A stretch of 55,910 nucleotides of DNA, taken from NCBI RefSeq assembly GCF_004010195.1, contig NC_057752.1, positions 14,417,240 through 14,473,149 of the forward strand. Direction: 5' to 3'. The stretch comes from Chiloscyllium plagiosum (taxonomy: Eukaryota). Shown here piece by piece: positions 13,526-26,138 of this stretch. How positions within the stretch are numbered: position 1 is the first letter of the stretch; every line of letters starts with the position of its first letter. The notes under the pieces were generated by a model. That model was not told the DNA's origin and did not search any database. It worked only from the letters and a program-made list of their open reading frames with translations. Made by a program: the position numbers and the translations under genes.

Positions 13526-13531
13526 TTTATT
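13526..13531 (-). terminator. candidate proximal polyadenylation signal (AATAAA) of the SLC11 gene
   Basis: AATAAA on the minus strand, about 90 nt after the stop codon. Confidence 0.35.
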
Positions 13532-13617
13532 TACAGTAAATCCGTGGACTTGTTCCCATTTGAGAAATGCTCTGTCAGCAAAATAAACACTTCCCGTGAC
13601 TCCCGCAGATACAGTCT

Positions 13618-13767
13618 TCACTGGAAGGTACTAGTGTCTGCCGAGCGCTGTGATCCTGTCCGACGGAATGTCTGCTTCTGATCTTCCAAGATCATCACCC
13701 TGCTCACGCTCACCGTACGTCCACAGGCTAAGGTCTGGACACCCATCGCAACCAAACAAAACCACAC
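13618..13767 (-). CDS. SLC11A2: SLC11/Nramp terminal coding exon (read-through, DMT1 +IRE-isoform-like C-terminus)
   Basis: tttctag acceptor, then VWFCLVAMGVQTLACGRTVSVSRVMILEDQKQTFRRTGSQRSADTSTFQ-TGA. Internal ACG|GTGAGC donor after 54 nt, at the position where DMT1 isoforms diverge. Confidence 0.88.
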   Translation of the reverse strand: MWFCLVAMGVQTLACGRTVSVSRVMILEDQKQTFRRTGSQRSADTSTFQ

Positions 13768-13844
13768 CTAGAAACACAGTCAAAAACAAGAGGCATGCGG
13801 GGTTTAGTCGCAGACTGTAAAAGGGGAAAATAAAGCCCACCATG

Positions 13845-14472
13845 GTGCTGAGTTCCTAGGAATAACTATCACCAACGGTCTATTCTGGTCTTTCTACATT
13901 GACATGACGGTGAAGAAAGCACACCAGCACCTCTACTTCTTCAGGAGGCGAAGAAGGCATGTCCATAATGACTCTGACCAATTGTTACAGATGCACCACG
14001 GAAAGCATCCTCTCTGGGTGCATCATGCCTTGGTATGGTAACTGCTCTGCCCAGGACTGTAACAAACTACAGAGAGTTGTGAACACAGCCCAGTCCCTCA
14101 CACAACCCAACCTTCCATCCATTGACTCCGTCTACACTTCCCACTGCCTCAGGAAGGCAGCCAACATCATCAAAGACCCCTCCCACCCTGGGTACACTCT
14201 CTTCCAATCTCTTCCATCAGGCAGAAGAGACAAAAGATTTGAGAGCACCTACCAACAGATTCAGGAGCAGCTTCTTCCCTGTTGTTATCAGACTTATGAA
14301 CGGACCTCTCGTATACTAGAACTGACCTTTCTCTGCACCTTCTCTGTAGCTGTAACACTATATTCTGCATTCTGTTCTATTACCCTGATGTACTTATGTA
14401 AGGGATGATTTGTCTGGATACCACACAAAATAATATCTTTGTACACGTGACAATAACAAATCAAATCAAATC
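13845..14472 (+). mobile_element. Rex1/Babar-like LINE 3' end
   Basis: YRCTTESILSGCIMPWYGNCSAQD..LQRVVNTAQ..IIKDPSHPG..LPSGRR motif and CAAAT tail. Confidence 0.8.
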
Positions 14473-14689
14473 ATGCTTTCAGAGAACCATGAGATTGTAC
14501 TCTCATCAGAGACAGACACGAGTGGTGCCACAGAATCATAAGCAAGAATTGGTCACTTGAGCCTGGTCTGCCCATTTAACCGGATCATAGCTGCTCATCC
14601 AACTCAGTTCCCTGCTCCTGCTTTATCTCCTATACCCTTGATCCTAATTGAATCTACACTGCTAGCATCACCCTGCATAGTGCAATGGC

Positions 14690-15277
14690 TTTAAGAGGCA
14701 TAATTAGTCCTTTTTTTTGAAGAGAGCTTTTGAGACAGAGGTCCAGAGCTCTCTATTTGGATCCAATAAAATAAACAGCTTGTGAGGCCTTGGGTTTCTT
14801 TTTAAAGTTGGAACAATAGAAGCAGCCTGACTGGGTGGAGTCAGGCTCCAATAGAACTGAGTTTTAGTTTAGTGTTCAGTTGTTGGGCATTTGAAGATGG
14901 CTGTGCAAGCTGTCTCTCTCTCTCTTTCCCTCTGTTACAGCTAAAGGCTGGAGTTTTCCCTGCTTGGAGAATTGCTTGTGAGGCCATCGATTTTATGACC
15001 TTTGCCTTTGCCAAAGGTGTGTTTCAGGGATGTTACTGTACTGGAACAGTTATTTAGTAGTTAATATATCGATTATTTTGTTAAGCGTTGACAGTTACTG
15101 TTAAACTAATTCTTTTATTTTGTCTATATTTCATCTGTGGTGTGAAAATAAAGTGTGTTTTGCTTAACGAGGAGCTTGACCAATCAAATTGCAACTTACC
15201 TTTAAAATGAGAAAAGGTTAGGGACAAGACAATCTTTTGAATATATTTTGAGGGAGTTCGGTCTGGTCCATTAACAA
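14690..15277 (+). mobile_element. putative solo LTR
   Basis: AATAAA box, ends in TAACA. Shares the GGATGTTACTGT..TGGAACAG segment with 43004-43390, which starts TGTGAC. Boundaries are approximate. Confidence 0.4.
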
Positions 15278-15629
15278 TAGCAAACCAGCCATCCAGGCAG
15301 CTGAGCTGGTGAACAAAGTAAAGCATTGAGAGAAAGGGAGGACTGCAGATGCTGGAGATCAGAGTCGAAAAATGTGGTGCTGGAAAAGCGCACTTTTCAA
15401 CAAAGTGAAGCAGTCCCAGGCTCCTGTGTATCTCAGGAGAAGCAGCTCCAGTTTTACACACCATCAGAAGAGAGTGAGACCTGCCTCTTTAATGTGACAT
15501 ACAAAACAAACTGCTGTGTAAAACCTGGTGTGGAGGTGCCGGTGTTGGACTGGGGTGGGCAAAGTTAAAAATCACACACCACCAGGTTAGAGTCCAACTT
15601 GTGATTTTTAACAGCACAAAACCTGAACC

Positions 15630-16110
15630 TTCCATTTGCCTTCCCTATTCCCCGCTGGACTTGGATGCTCGCTTTTAGTGATTCCTGCACGAGTTTGGAG
15701 CAGGGAATGTAAACAATGGCATCAGTCCATCCGATATCGATCCCTGAATTCCTGCTCAGCCAGGATGGGATGTTGGATCGGCAGTCTGGGAACGCAGCAC
15801 CAATGGAGGGAGAGAAGGAAAGAGGGAGAGAGAGGGAGGCGATGGTGCGGTAGAGCTGGGGGTGGGTCAGTGTCAGTGTGTCTTCAGATGGCGTCAATGA
15901 GGGCAGCACGGAGATGAGAAATAGGAGGGGAACAAGGATTGATCCTTGAGGGATTATCCGAGAGAACGGGAGCAGGAAGAGAAGCCATTGTGGGTGATTC
16001 ACTGGTTACGTGGAGGTGGATAAAGAATGAACTGGGGGGAGAGCACTCTGAGCTGGCATTGTGGGAATGTGGAGGGAGAAAAGGAGACACAACCGATTGA
16101 TCCCTCTCCT
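15630..16110 (-). mobile_element. old L2-type LINE RT fragment
   Basis: Degenerate IPQGSILVPLLFLI RT motif. Confidence 0.6.
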
Positions 16111-16622
16111 TCCGCAGCCCCGGCTGGGATCAGTTCCCCTTCCTCAGGATCACTTTGGATTGATGTGGCACTGAACCCTGGAGAACAACCAAGTGAGGCT
16201 CTGGTCGGAGTCTCAAACTCAAAGACAGTTGCTCCGTTTCTCAGGACCCACCTCCCATTGTTTAATCCGCTGCACAGCTGTCCTGCCTCTTTGAAACCCA
16301 TTCCCAAACACATTTAATAAAGACTGCAATGTTGAACGCTTAACTTTACTTCTTTACTTTTCTTTACACTGAAGATCTTGTGCCGAGGTTCCTTTGTATC
16401 TAAGATGGCGCCTGGAATGGCCACATTGTGAACTTTTCACTGTCCTCCTGTATCCCTTGAGTACACTTGACAATAAAACCTCATTCTCATTCGAAACATT
16501 CCTTCCATTAAAATGATCAATTGACACGATTTTGGAAACGTGCAATCCATTCTAATTGCCAACAATATGCTGCTGATGTGTGAACTGGTGACACTTCAAA
16601 GAAGAAATAATGAAGAACTTAC

Positions 16623-16776
16623 CAAGTAACTTATAAAAGACAGGTAGGCAACTGCTATGACTGCAACCACAATGTAGAATGCCATCGCATGCAGACTCCT
16701 CACATAATCGATCACAAAATATATGTTAATGCAGCAGATGATCAGAATGATAAATCCCCCGATGATCTTCCACACT
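16623..16776 (-). CDS. SLC11A2: SLC11/Nramp exon, TM11-TM12, 154 bp
   Basis: (L)VWKIIGGFIILIICCINIYFVIDYVRSLHAMAFYIVVAVIAVAYLSFISYL, with cccacag acceptor and GTAAGT donor. Confidence 0.95.
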
Positions 16777-18194
16777 CTGTGGGAACAAGAAAACAGTTGA
16801 GAGAGTGTTAGCCATGCAAGCGCTTTGAACGATCACAGTGCAGTGGGAGGATATTCACGCCGTCGTATCCATGTTGATTCTATCCCCTAGCGCTAATCTC
16901 CAGCCTTTTTCCGATAGCCCCACGCATCATTTCACCCTAGGCCTTCAATTAAGGGTTTGGACATAGCATCTCATCAGGTGACGTCTTTGTGTGTTGGGGT
17001 GGGGGGAGAGGGCGTGACATTGCCCGGTAGGTTATTGCGTGACTGTCAAGCACTGAATCTGGACTGGCATCCGGCTGTCCACCTGGCGTACATTTGAGAA
17101 ACAAACCGACGGCCTGGCAAGCCTCCCAGTTGGCATGGCCAGGTGGTGCCACCATTTCACCTGCTCCCTGTGGCAGCGCAAGCAGAGTGGCCTGTAGGTG
17201 GGTGAACTTTCAAGGGTGCAACGAAAATCCTCGGCATTGACGCAAAATGTGCCATGCAAACAAGTTGATGACGCAAGAGTGTTGAGCAGTGTCGAGGGTA
17301 GATTCCCTCTCAGTGTAACCTCCTACATTCCACATTCAGCCTCGAGAGTTCTGCGCAGTTTGTGCAATGCTACACCTTCCATTTTTGTTCTTTTGCGCGT
17401 ACAAATACACTGCAGAAATGAAGGGGTTTCCCCGCTCAGAAAACAAAGTGTTTCTGAAGGGTCAGCAACTTCAGCAGCAGACTGAAAGACTCAAAATGGC
17501 AGCCATTTTTGATTCTGGTCTCTAAAATGGCCGATCAGAAGATGCTCAGGGTGAGGGCCTCTAACCCTTCCAGACCCCCATTGTTTGCAAGTATGTCAAC
17601 GGAGACGTGCTAGATTACTGAAGATTTGAAAATCTCTGAAGTGGAAAACACTCAAACTCCTGAATGACACATACTGGGTTGGCTGGTTTGTAATATAAAG
17701 AGATACCAACAGCATGGGTTCGATTCCTGCACTGCTCAGGTTACCATGGAAACACTCACGTTCTCAACCTCTCCCCTCACCATGAGGTAAATAAACTGTC
17801 ATTCCATCCCACCCACACACGCACATTGCAGTGTCTAAGATTGGAGATAGAAATAGCCCATTTTTGCCAATCTCCCTGTTACTTCTAAGCCCTGCCTACT
17901 GCTCATGGGCACTGAATATATTCTGCTCGCTGTTCCTCTCTGGCACTGGGGAATGTCGGGACTGAGCTCAGTTTTGATCCTGCTAATCTGCAACTTCTCC
18001 CCTTCGTTACTTGCTCTGTCCACTAGCAATCCCTTCTCTCCCTCCTCCACAACCACCTCTTACACTTCGCTGTGGAGTCAAGTGGCGATCTTTCAGTATG
18101 TCCCCAGTAAAGCCTTTGGAGTCATACACACCCTTTGGTTCAACCTGCCCATGCCGACCAGATGTCCGAAATTAATCCAGTGCCTTTTTTGTTA

Positions 18195-18465
18195 ATTCAC
18201 TCATTGGATGAGAATGTCGCTGGCTAGGCCAGACCAGCAAGGATGGCAGATTTCCTTCCCTGAAGGACATTAGTGAACCCAGACAGGTTTCTCCAACAAT
18301 CGACAATGGATTAATGGTCACCATTAGACTCTTCACTGCAGGCTTTTATTGAATTCAAATTCCACCATCTGTCATGACGTGATTTGAACCCTGGTCCCCA
18401 GAACATTACCTGGGTCTCCAGGTTAACAGTCCAGTGATAATACCACTAGGCCATCACCTCCCCTT
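18195..18465 (-). mobile_element. tRNA-derived SINE with LINE-derived tail
   Basis: GGGAGGTGATGGCCTAGTGGT A-box-like and GGGTTCAAATC B-box-like head. A related head is at 18783-18870 (+). Confidence 0.6.
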
Positions 18466-19025
18466 TTTGGCCCATATCCCTCCAAACCCTTCCTATTCAT
18501 ATACCCATCCTTTTAAATGTTATATTTGTACCAGCCTCCACCACTTCCTCTGGCAGCTCATTCCATACACATACCACCCTCTGTGTGAAAAAGGTGCCCC
18601 TTAGTTCCCTTTTAAATCTTTCTCCATCACTTGTGTTTGATCACCGGCAGGTTTCCGAGTTGCTTCGGCTAGAAAACCTTTCCGAAATAGAGCGAATGGA
18701 AAATGGAGGTCCCCCTTAAGAATTTGAACTGTTATGTCTATGCTCTCACCCTGTCCCATTACGCATGTCTGGTCTACAGCCCAGGAGGAGTAATGGCCTT
18801 GTGGTATTATCGCTGTGGTGTTAATCCAGAGACCCAGCTAATGTTCTGGGGACCCAGGTTTGAATCCCATTGGCCCACCACCACAGCAGACGATATTGGC
18901 TACTGACCCTATCCAGGCCCCTCAGGATTTTATAAAGCTCTATAAGGTCATCCCTCAGCCTCCAACGCTCCAGGGGAAAAATGAGGCTGGAAAGAGTTGG
19001 GGGGAGTTGGATTTGAATTACTTAC

Positions 19026-19099
19026 AGCCCATTAGCGAAGTCGTGCATGACTGAGCCCATGCTGGTAAACGTCAATACCGGGATCAATGCAAATGGCAG
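19026..19099 (-). CDS. SLC11A2: SLC11/Nramp exon, end of TM10, 74 bp
   Basis: [24 protein letters not shown](L), with tttacag acceptor and GTAAGT donor. Ends in phase 2, compatible with the next exon. Confidence 0.95.
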
Positions 19100-19829
19100 C
19101 TGTAAAGAGTTGAAAGATTGTGAATTAGAGCTGGGTCTGAAGGCCTGAATAATACGGAATTATGCAGATACAACCAGAAGGAACACAGAATCCCGACAGA
19201 CTGCTTTCTTTTTAATTGCAGACTGAAATGAGGACAGAACTTCTTTCCAAACGAAGGGTCGCCGCGGTGCTTGCAAAATTGGACACTTGTTGTAAACATG
19301 GTTTACACAGCATGTTCCAATGGAAGTGTAATTTGCAGATGTGCTGGAGCCAAGGGGGTGTACAAATAGAGAATCAGCCAGCAACAAGGAGCTGATTAGT
19401 CTGTGGACTCATGACCAGCTATCGATGACAAGGACTTTCTGCCTGACAACAACTGCGTGATTGGTTCGCAGGTTGGGGAACAGCTTAGGACTACAGACAA
19501 AGGGAAGCCTTCACATCCCTACCAGTTGAGCAGGTCTCACTGTTCTCTGCAGTAAAAGCCACTTTAAGCCCGAAGAAAACTCTTTGTTTTTTCCCTCCAG
19601 TAGTTGCTGTGATTTTTAATAAAACAGATAACGTTTATAATAAGGATGAGCCAGCCACCCTGTGCCTCTTGCAAATCAGTGGCAGCATCTGGAGAAGGAA
19701 GACCAAGCAGCATTCTGATCAGCCCAAGAATCATAAGAATGGTCTCAGCAACCCCTGTGAACAAGAACCACTGAACTGCATTCCCAGTTGGTCCCATCCC
19801 CCATAACATCTATGTTTTTCCCCTTATGT

Positions 19830-20270
19830 GACAGAGACTGTGTGTGCAGTTGTGTGTGTATGTACGCGCACGCATGTGTGTGTGAGAGAGAGAGACTGTG
19901 TGCATCTGTGTATGTGCGTGAGAGAGAGACTCAGTGTGTGAGACTGTGTGTGAATGTATGTGTACGCGTGTGTGTGAGAGAGACTGTGTGTCTCTGTGTG
20001 TGAGGGTGTGTGCACGTGGGCATAGGTATGTATGCGACACTGTGTGTGAGAGTGTATGAGAATGTGTGTGTATGAGCATGTGTGAGACTATGTACATGTG
20101 TGAGAGACTGTTAATGTGTCTGCATGTGTATGAGTGTGTCTGAGACTGTGAGATTGTGTGTGCATGTGTGTGTATATGTGAGTGTGTGTGTGTGAGGCTG
20201 TGTGCACATGCAGGTATTTGTGTGTGAGACTGTGTCTGTCTGTTTATGTGCATGTATGCATATGTGTGCA
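19830..20270. repeat. degenerate (TG)n/(GA)n low-complexity tract
   Basis: Directly visible TG-rich simple repeat. Confidence 0.9.
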
Positions 20271-21149
20271 TGCAAAGTTGGAGTCTATAAAGGGGCTGTA
20301 ATAAGTAGAGAACTTGTAATAAATAGTAAATCATATTATGTACAGGAATCTGGCCAACGCTTTCTGTCAGCCTGCATCAAAAAGACAAGAAAATTAGGGA
20401 ATCCAGTGTACTTTTAAAACCCTGGAAGTTTTGTGATGATTCCCTGAATAGTGGAGCTTGATTTTCAGTGTGCTGCCCCAGTGAGGGGTGACAGTACTAG
20501 TGCCCCTGAATGATGCTGGGGGGAGGGTTCTGACCTGTGGTAACTGACAAACTCTCAACAAGAAAGATGTCCAACAGGTACAGCTGACCCAAAGGGAGAG
20601 GCATGCAATCTGCAGTGCTATCTGAGCAGTGAGACAGGGGGCAGGATTGGAAGCTGTTCGGCAGGGGGAGGGTTGCGGTACAGCACAGCAAAGGGACTTG
20701 CTCACAGCCTTGAATTTAACAGCCCCCTGTCCTCACAACCTGGCCATGCTTCCAGCGTCAGACTCGAAACGATGAAGAAAATGTGGTCAAACGCTGCCAT
20801 CTTCACCAGCTGATGCCATATAGAGCCATGGCTCCATTTCTTTGCGCCTTTGTGCTGCCCACTCACCTCTGGCATGACTCTCAAATTGTCTGAAGGCCGG
20901 GAATTGGACGTGACAGCTTTAAAAAGAACCAGTGCAGAATCTCAGCTCTTTAAGGAACATAGGAATTCGGAGCGGGAGTAGGACATTTCAGCCCTCCGAT
21001 CCTATCCTGGTCTCAACTCCACTTGCCCCTCCTGATCCCCATTGCCTTTTATCCCGTTTAACAAGCACAACAGCCAGTCAATTGGCGCTTTCAAAATGGT
21101 GGAAGGCGACCGATCTCTGCACTGTTCCGGATTATCGGAGATTGGCGTG

Positions 21150-21522
21150 ACCAGTGTAGCTCAGTGGGTATCACTCTCGTCTTGGCTTCAACTCCCACAC
21201 TGAGACACTGGCAGAAGGATATAGACTGGCATCCAGTGTAGTACCAATGGAGTGATACACCACTGGAGACACCCACTTCTGGACAAGGCAATAAATTGAG
21301 GTCCCGTCTGCTGTGCCAGGCAGGAGCAATGGAAACCATGGCCATGGAGCCATCGATGAGTGCTGGAGCTCTGTCCCTGAGGCAACCTCATCAATATTTC
21401 TCCCTCAACGAACATCACAAGAGCCTTTATCACATTGGCGCCGGTGGGAGCCTGCTATGTGCTAACTGACCACACTTTGAGTTGTCTGTGGTTATGAAAA
21501 GTACTTTCTAAATGCAAGTCTC
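21150..21522 (+). mobile_element. old DeuSINE-like (SacSINE1-like) SINE
   Basis: TAGCTCAGTGGGTA head, Deu-domain-like CAATATTTCTCCCTCAACGAACATCAC..TTATCACATTG, and AAATGCAAGTCT tail. A related inverted fragment is at about 28860-29075. Confidence 0.55.
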
Positions 21523-21611
21523 AGTTGTTTTTGTTTTATTTTGCACAATCTTACCCGTTCACGATCACTATTGAATTGCCAGTGGGATCCTTTTGTGCAA
21601 GCCGAAGTGAT

Positions 21612-22375
21612 TCATGCGATAAATGTAAAGTGAATCAGTTTGGAAGGTTCAATTTGAATGCAGATTACAGGGTTAAAGACAGGATTCTTGGCAGTGTGGG
21701 GGAACAGAGAGATCTTGGGGTCCACATCTATAGATCCCTCAAAGTTGCCACCCAGGTTGACAGGGTTGTTAAGAAGGCATATGGTGTTTTGGTTTTCACT
21801 AACAGGGGGATCGAGTTTATGAGCCGTGAGGTTTTGCTGCAGCTCTATAAAACTCTGGTTAGACCACACTTGGAATATTGTATTTAGTTCGAGTTGCCTC
21901 ATTATAGGAAGGATGTAGATGCTTTAGAGAAGGTGCAGAGGAGATTTACCAGGATATTGCCTGGACTGGAGGGCATGTCTTATGAAGAGAGGTTGAGTGA
22001 GCTGGGGCTTTTCACACTGAAGAGAAGAAGGAAGAGAGGTGACTTGATCGAGGTGTACAAGGTAATGAGAGGCAGAGATAGCCAGACTTTTCCCCAGGGT
22101 AGAAATGGCTGTTGCAAGGGGTCATAATTTTAAAGTGACTGGAGGAAGGAATAGGTGAGACGTCAGAGGTCGGTTCTTTACACAGAGAGTGGCGGGTGTG
22201 TGGAATGCACTGCCAGCGGTGGTAGTAGAGTCAGAGATATTCGGGACATTTAAGCGACTGCTGGACAAGCACATAGATGGCAGTAAATTGAGGGGTGTGT
22301 AGGTTAGATTGATCTTAGATTACGATAAATGCTCGGCACAACATCGTACAACTGTGTTGTACTGTTCTACGTGCT
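21612..22375 (+). mobile_element. CR1 LINE 3' portion
   Basis: QRDLGVHIYRSLKVATQVDRVVKKAYG..LYKTLVRPHLEYC and EKVQRRFTRILPGL motifs. Confidence 0.9.
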
Positions 22376-23309
22376 AATCCACATGCACTGCATCTTATCG
22401 TGGACTCTACCCAGCCTTTCGACCTCCCAAGGTAGCGTTTGACAGAAACCATTCCCTGATCCTGAAGAGTGACCAATTTTCTGGAAGACTGATCCATTTG
22501 GACCATCCTGGTGTGGCGATCTGTCTCACTGCAGATACCAACAGACACTAAAAGGTACGTGCTTATCGCTGTATCAAGGCAGGTGACCAAGTGATAGGAA
22601 GCTCTCAGTCTCCATCTTCTTGAGCTCTGTCCACTTAGACACACTGACATGTCATGCTACAGTAGCACTGCACTGCCCAGCTTAAGCGCAGAAAGTGCCT
22701 GTGAATGTAATGTACATAGCATGTCATTCCGATGTCAGAATTTTAAAAAACATTGAATTATTCAGTACCACTTGACCCACGTCTCATTGGTATGAGAGCT
22801 AACAGACGTATTACATTAAAACAGAAAAAAACTGGTCACGTCAACTAGGAATCCTTACGTCCTACAGAGTTTGATCAACTCAGTCCAGGCTGGAAATAAC
22901 ATATCCCACCAGCTGTGTATCCGGCCCCTTTCAAAAGAGTCAACTCATCCTTGACCAGTTTTGCTGGGAGTCTCTTCAGCACAATTGTTACACTGAGGGA
23001 GTCACAAGCACTTCAATTTGTTGGCTCTTAGTTTTGTTTAGGGCGCATCGCTTTCACTTAGTAAAGGAGCACAGGGCGTTGACACAAGAACCAACATCAT
23101 TGACAATGTTCGATGGCACGTTCGACTGAGGTGACGCTTGTCTGTTTGGGAAAATGATTGACGGGGATTTCTGTTCTGGCAAAGGATTTTATTGCAATTC
23201 CAAACTTTGCATTTTGAGTTATCCAACAGGTAACAACTCAATTAAATCGAGCCTGATCACAAATCAGCAACACTGCTTGCAGCATCATTTCAGTCTTGGA
23301 GATCAGCGG

Positions 23310-24145
23310 CTTATTTTATTTCTTTACGGAAAATGGGCGTCGCTGCCTTGGCCCAGCATTTATTGCCCACCCCTAGTTGCCCCTTGAGAAGGTGGGGGTG
23401 AGCTGCCTTCTTGAACCGCTGCAGTCTGTGTGCTGTAGGTAGACCCACAGTGTCATAGATTCCCGACAGTGTGGAAACAGGCCATTTGGCCCAACGAGTC
23501 CACACTGACCCTTTGAAGTGTAACCCACCCAGACCCATTCCCTATGGGTAATTTAGCATGGCCAATTCACCTGACCTGCACATCTTCGGACTGTGGAAGG
23601 AAACCCGGAGCATCCGGAGGAAACCCACGCAGACACGGGGAGAATGTGCAAACTCCACACAGACAGTCACCCAAGGCTGGAATCGAACCGGGGACCCTGG
23701 TGCTATGAGGTAGCAGGTGGTCATAGTCTGGTATTTGTGTGGCATAAATGTTACCTGCCACTTGTCAGCCCAATCCGGGATATTATCCAGATCTTGTTGC
23801 ATTTGAACACGGCGGAGAGTTTGCCCCCTGATACCCATTGATTCCAGGTTTGCCAGGGCTCCTTGATGCCACACTTGGCCGAATGCTGCCTTGATGTCAA
23901 GGGCTGTCCCTCTCCCCTCCCCTCTTGAGTTCAGCTCTTTTGTCCATGTTTGAACCAAGGCTGTAATGAGGTCAGGAGCTGAGTGACCCTGGTGGAACCC
24001 AAACTGGGCGTCACTGAGCAGGGTATTGCTGAGCAGGTGCTGCTTGATAGCCCTGTTGGTGACACCTTCCATCACTTTCCTGATGATCGAGAGGAGACTG
24101 ATGGGGCGGTAATTGGCCGGGTTGGATTTGTCCTGCTTTTTATGT
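23310..24145 (-). mobile_element. CR1/L2-clade LINE fragments with a nested V-SINE (about 23455-23712)
   Basis: LLSDAQFGFHQGHSAPDLITALVQTWTKEL..ALDIKAAF RT motif. A related plus-strand piece is at about 46955-47145. Confidence 0.75.
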
Positions 24146-24504
24146 CCAGGGTATTGTTCACATTGTTGAGTGTGGTGGGCTGTGTCTCCACTTAACCACT
24201 CACTCCTTTATTACTTATTTCTTATCTTCAGTATAAATATCATCTTGTCCCAGCTGCTGTCAGTTCTCTCGGTTTCTCTCTCCACAAATGCTGCCAGACC
24301 TGCTGAGTTTCTCCAGAACCAGTTGGTATTTTTTGCTTCAGATTTACAACATCTGCACTTCTTTGCTTTTCTGATGATGCTGTATATTGCTGCATTCACT
24401 GGACACAAGTGCATGAATGTATAAGTCGAGATCACAATGCAACTAAATGGGCCATTTCCCCTTGAAGGTAATAGACTGTTCTTCAGCGCAAGAAGGGTTA
24501 ATGT

Positions 24505-25003
24505 GGAATCATAGACTCCCTGCAGTGTGGAAGCAGGCCATTCGGCCCATCGAGTCCACACTGACCCTCCAAAGAGCATCCCACCCCGATACAACCTATC
24601 CCCATGTTTCCTATGACCAATCCACCCAAACCTGCACCATCCCTGGACACTATGGGACAATTTAGCATGGGCATTCCACCCTAACCTGCACCATCCCTGG
24701 GCAGTATGGTAAAATTTAGCATGGCCAATCCACCCTAACCTGCACATCCCTGGGCAGTATGGTAAAATTTAGCATGGCCAATCCACCCTAACCTGCACAT
24801 CCCTGGCACTATGTGCAATTTAGCATGGCCAATCCACCCTAACTTGCCTATCTTTGGACTGTGGGAGGAAACCGGAGCACCCAGTGAAAACCCACGCAGA
24901 CACGGGGAGAATGTGCAAACTCCACACAGACAGTCGCCCGAGGCTGGAATCGAACACAGGTCCCTGGCGCAGTGAGGCAGCAGTGCTAACCACTGAGCCA
25001 CCT
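24505..25003 (-). mobile_element. V-SINE with an internal roughly 55-bp unit repeated about 4 times
   Basis: Repeated AATTTAGCATGGCCAATCCACCCTAACCTGCACATCCCTGG units at about 24615-24850. Confidence 0.85.
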
Positions 25004-26138
25004 TAAGATAATGTAGCTGCACTTTATGATGAATATCTATTCAGCTTTAGCCTCCAGCCCTTCTTCCTCCAAGGCACAACGACAGAGGGTAATTCTGCTT
25101 GGACTGAAGGGGTTGGGAGGTTGCAGGGGCAGGTGATACCTGGGAGATGTTGCGGACTAGCAAATCAGCTGGAAGTGAAATCCTCAAGAAACCCATGCCC
25201 GCCCATTTGTAGCCCTGAGTAACGACACAGAGGTCTATTCAAAACGTCTGACAAACGGCCCGCTTGACATGGCATTGCCACCTCTCTTAAGGCGGTCCCT
25301 TTTAAGTTGCTCAGAATTCTCTTGATCCTTGCATTGAGCTCTCGAAACATATATTTGGTGTTCCAGGCTCGATGTAGACTGAAGGACCTCCCCTGTACTG
25401 CACCATGGGTTGAGGCACCCTGTTACCTAATTTACCCCGAGTGAAACAAACTTCACTAAACAAACTTCTTGTCAACTTCCCTGGGCTTTTGCAAAGGGAT
25501 ATGGTGGGGGCTCCGAGGGTGGGAGTGGTGGGGGCATGGGGAATTTTGGTGGGGTAAGATTTGCAGGGAGTAAGATAGGAAGGGGAATGGAACAGCGTGA
25601 GAAGTCAGGTTGCGAGGTGAGAGCGTTGCGATTCCCTCCCTGGAACACTTTTTTTGCACATCACCAGAATCAGGCTCCCCTTCCCCGGTTACTTATCCGG
25701 TGGGAATGTGGTCGAGGCAGGTTCAATTTCGGTGTTGAAGAGGGGCATTGGATGCTGACCTGGATGTAAATGGGGCTGTGGGGTGGGGTGGGGGTGGAGC
25801 AGGAATTGGAATTAGGGAATGGAGCCGGCGCAGGGCCCGATGGGCTGAAAGGCCTCTTTCGGTGCCATAGCGATGCTGCGATTCTGCATGCGAGCAACAT
25901 GTCCACTTTCTGTAGCAGTGGAGGTTCTCTCCTGACTGGACTTTGGTGTAAGCAGCCACTGCTTTCGAATTGTACAGGGCAGAAAAAGTGTGTCGGCCCA
26001 TTGAGACGGTACAGCCCTCTGGGAGCATCTGTCTAACCCAGCACTGACTGATGTTGGGCTTTGGGTGGTCCAGTTTGCATGGTGTGGTGTACCTGTGGGA
26101 GCATGGCGGGCCGTCACTTGACAAGTCCAATCACTCAG

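Noticed and set aside
13610..13630. CAGTGA overlapping the stop codon as an IRE loop
   Set aside because: The flanks pair only as CTTC/GAAG around a 4-nt loop, which is the wrong geometry.
19788..20417. His/Thr- and Cys/Val-rich ORFs
   Set aside because: Translations of a TG/CA low-complexity tract.
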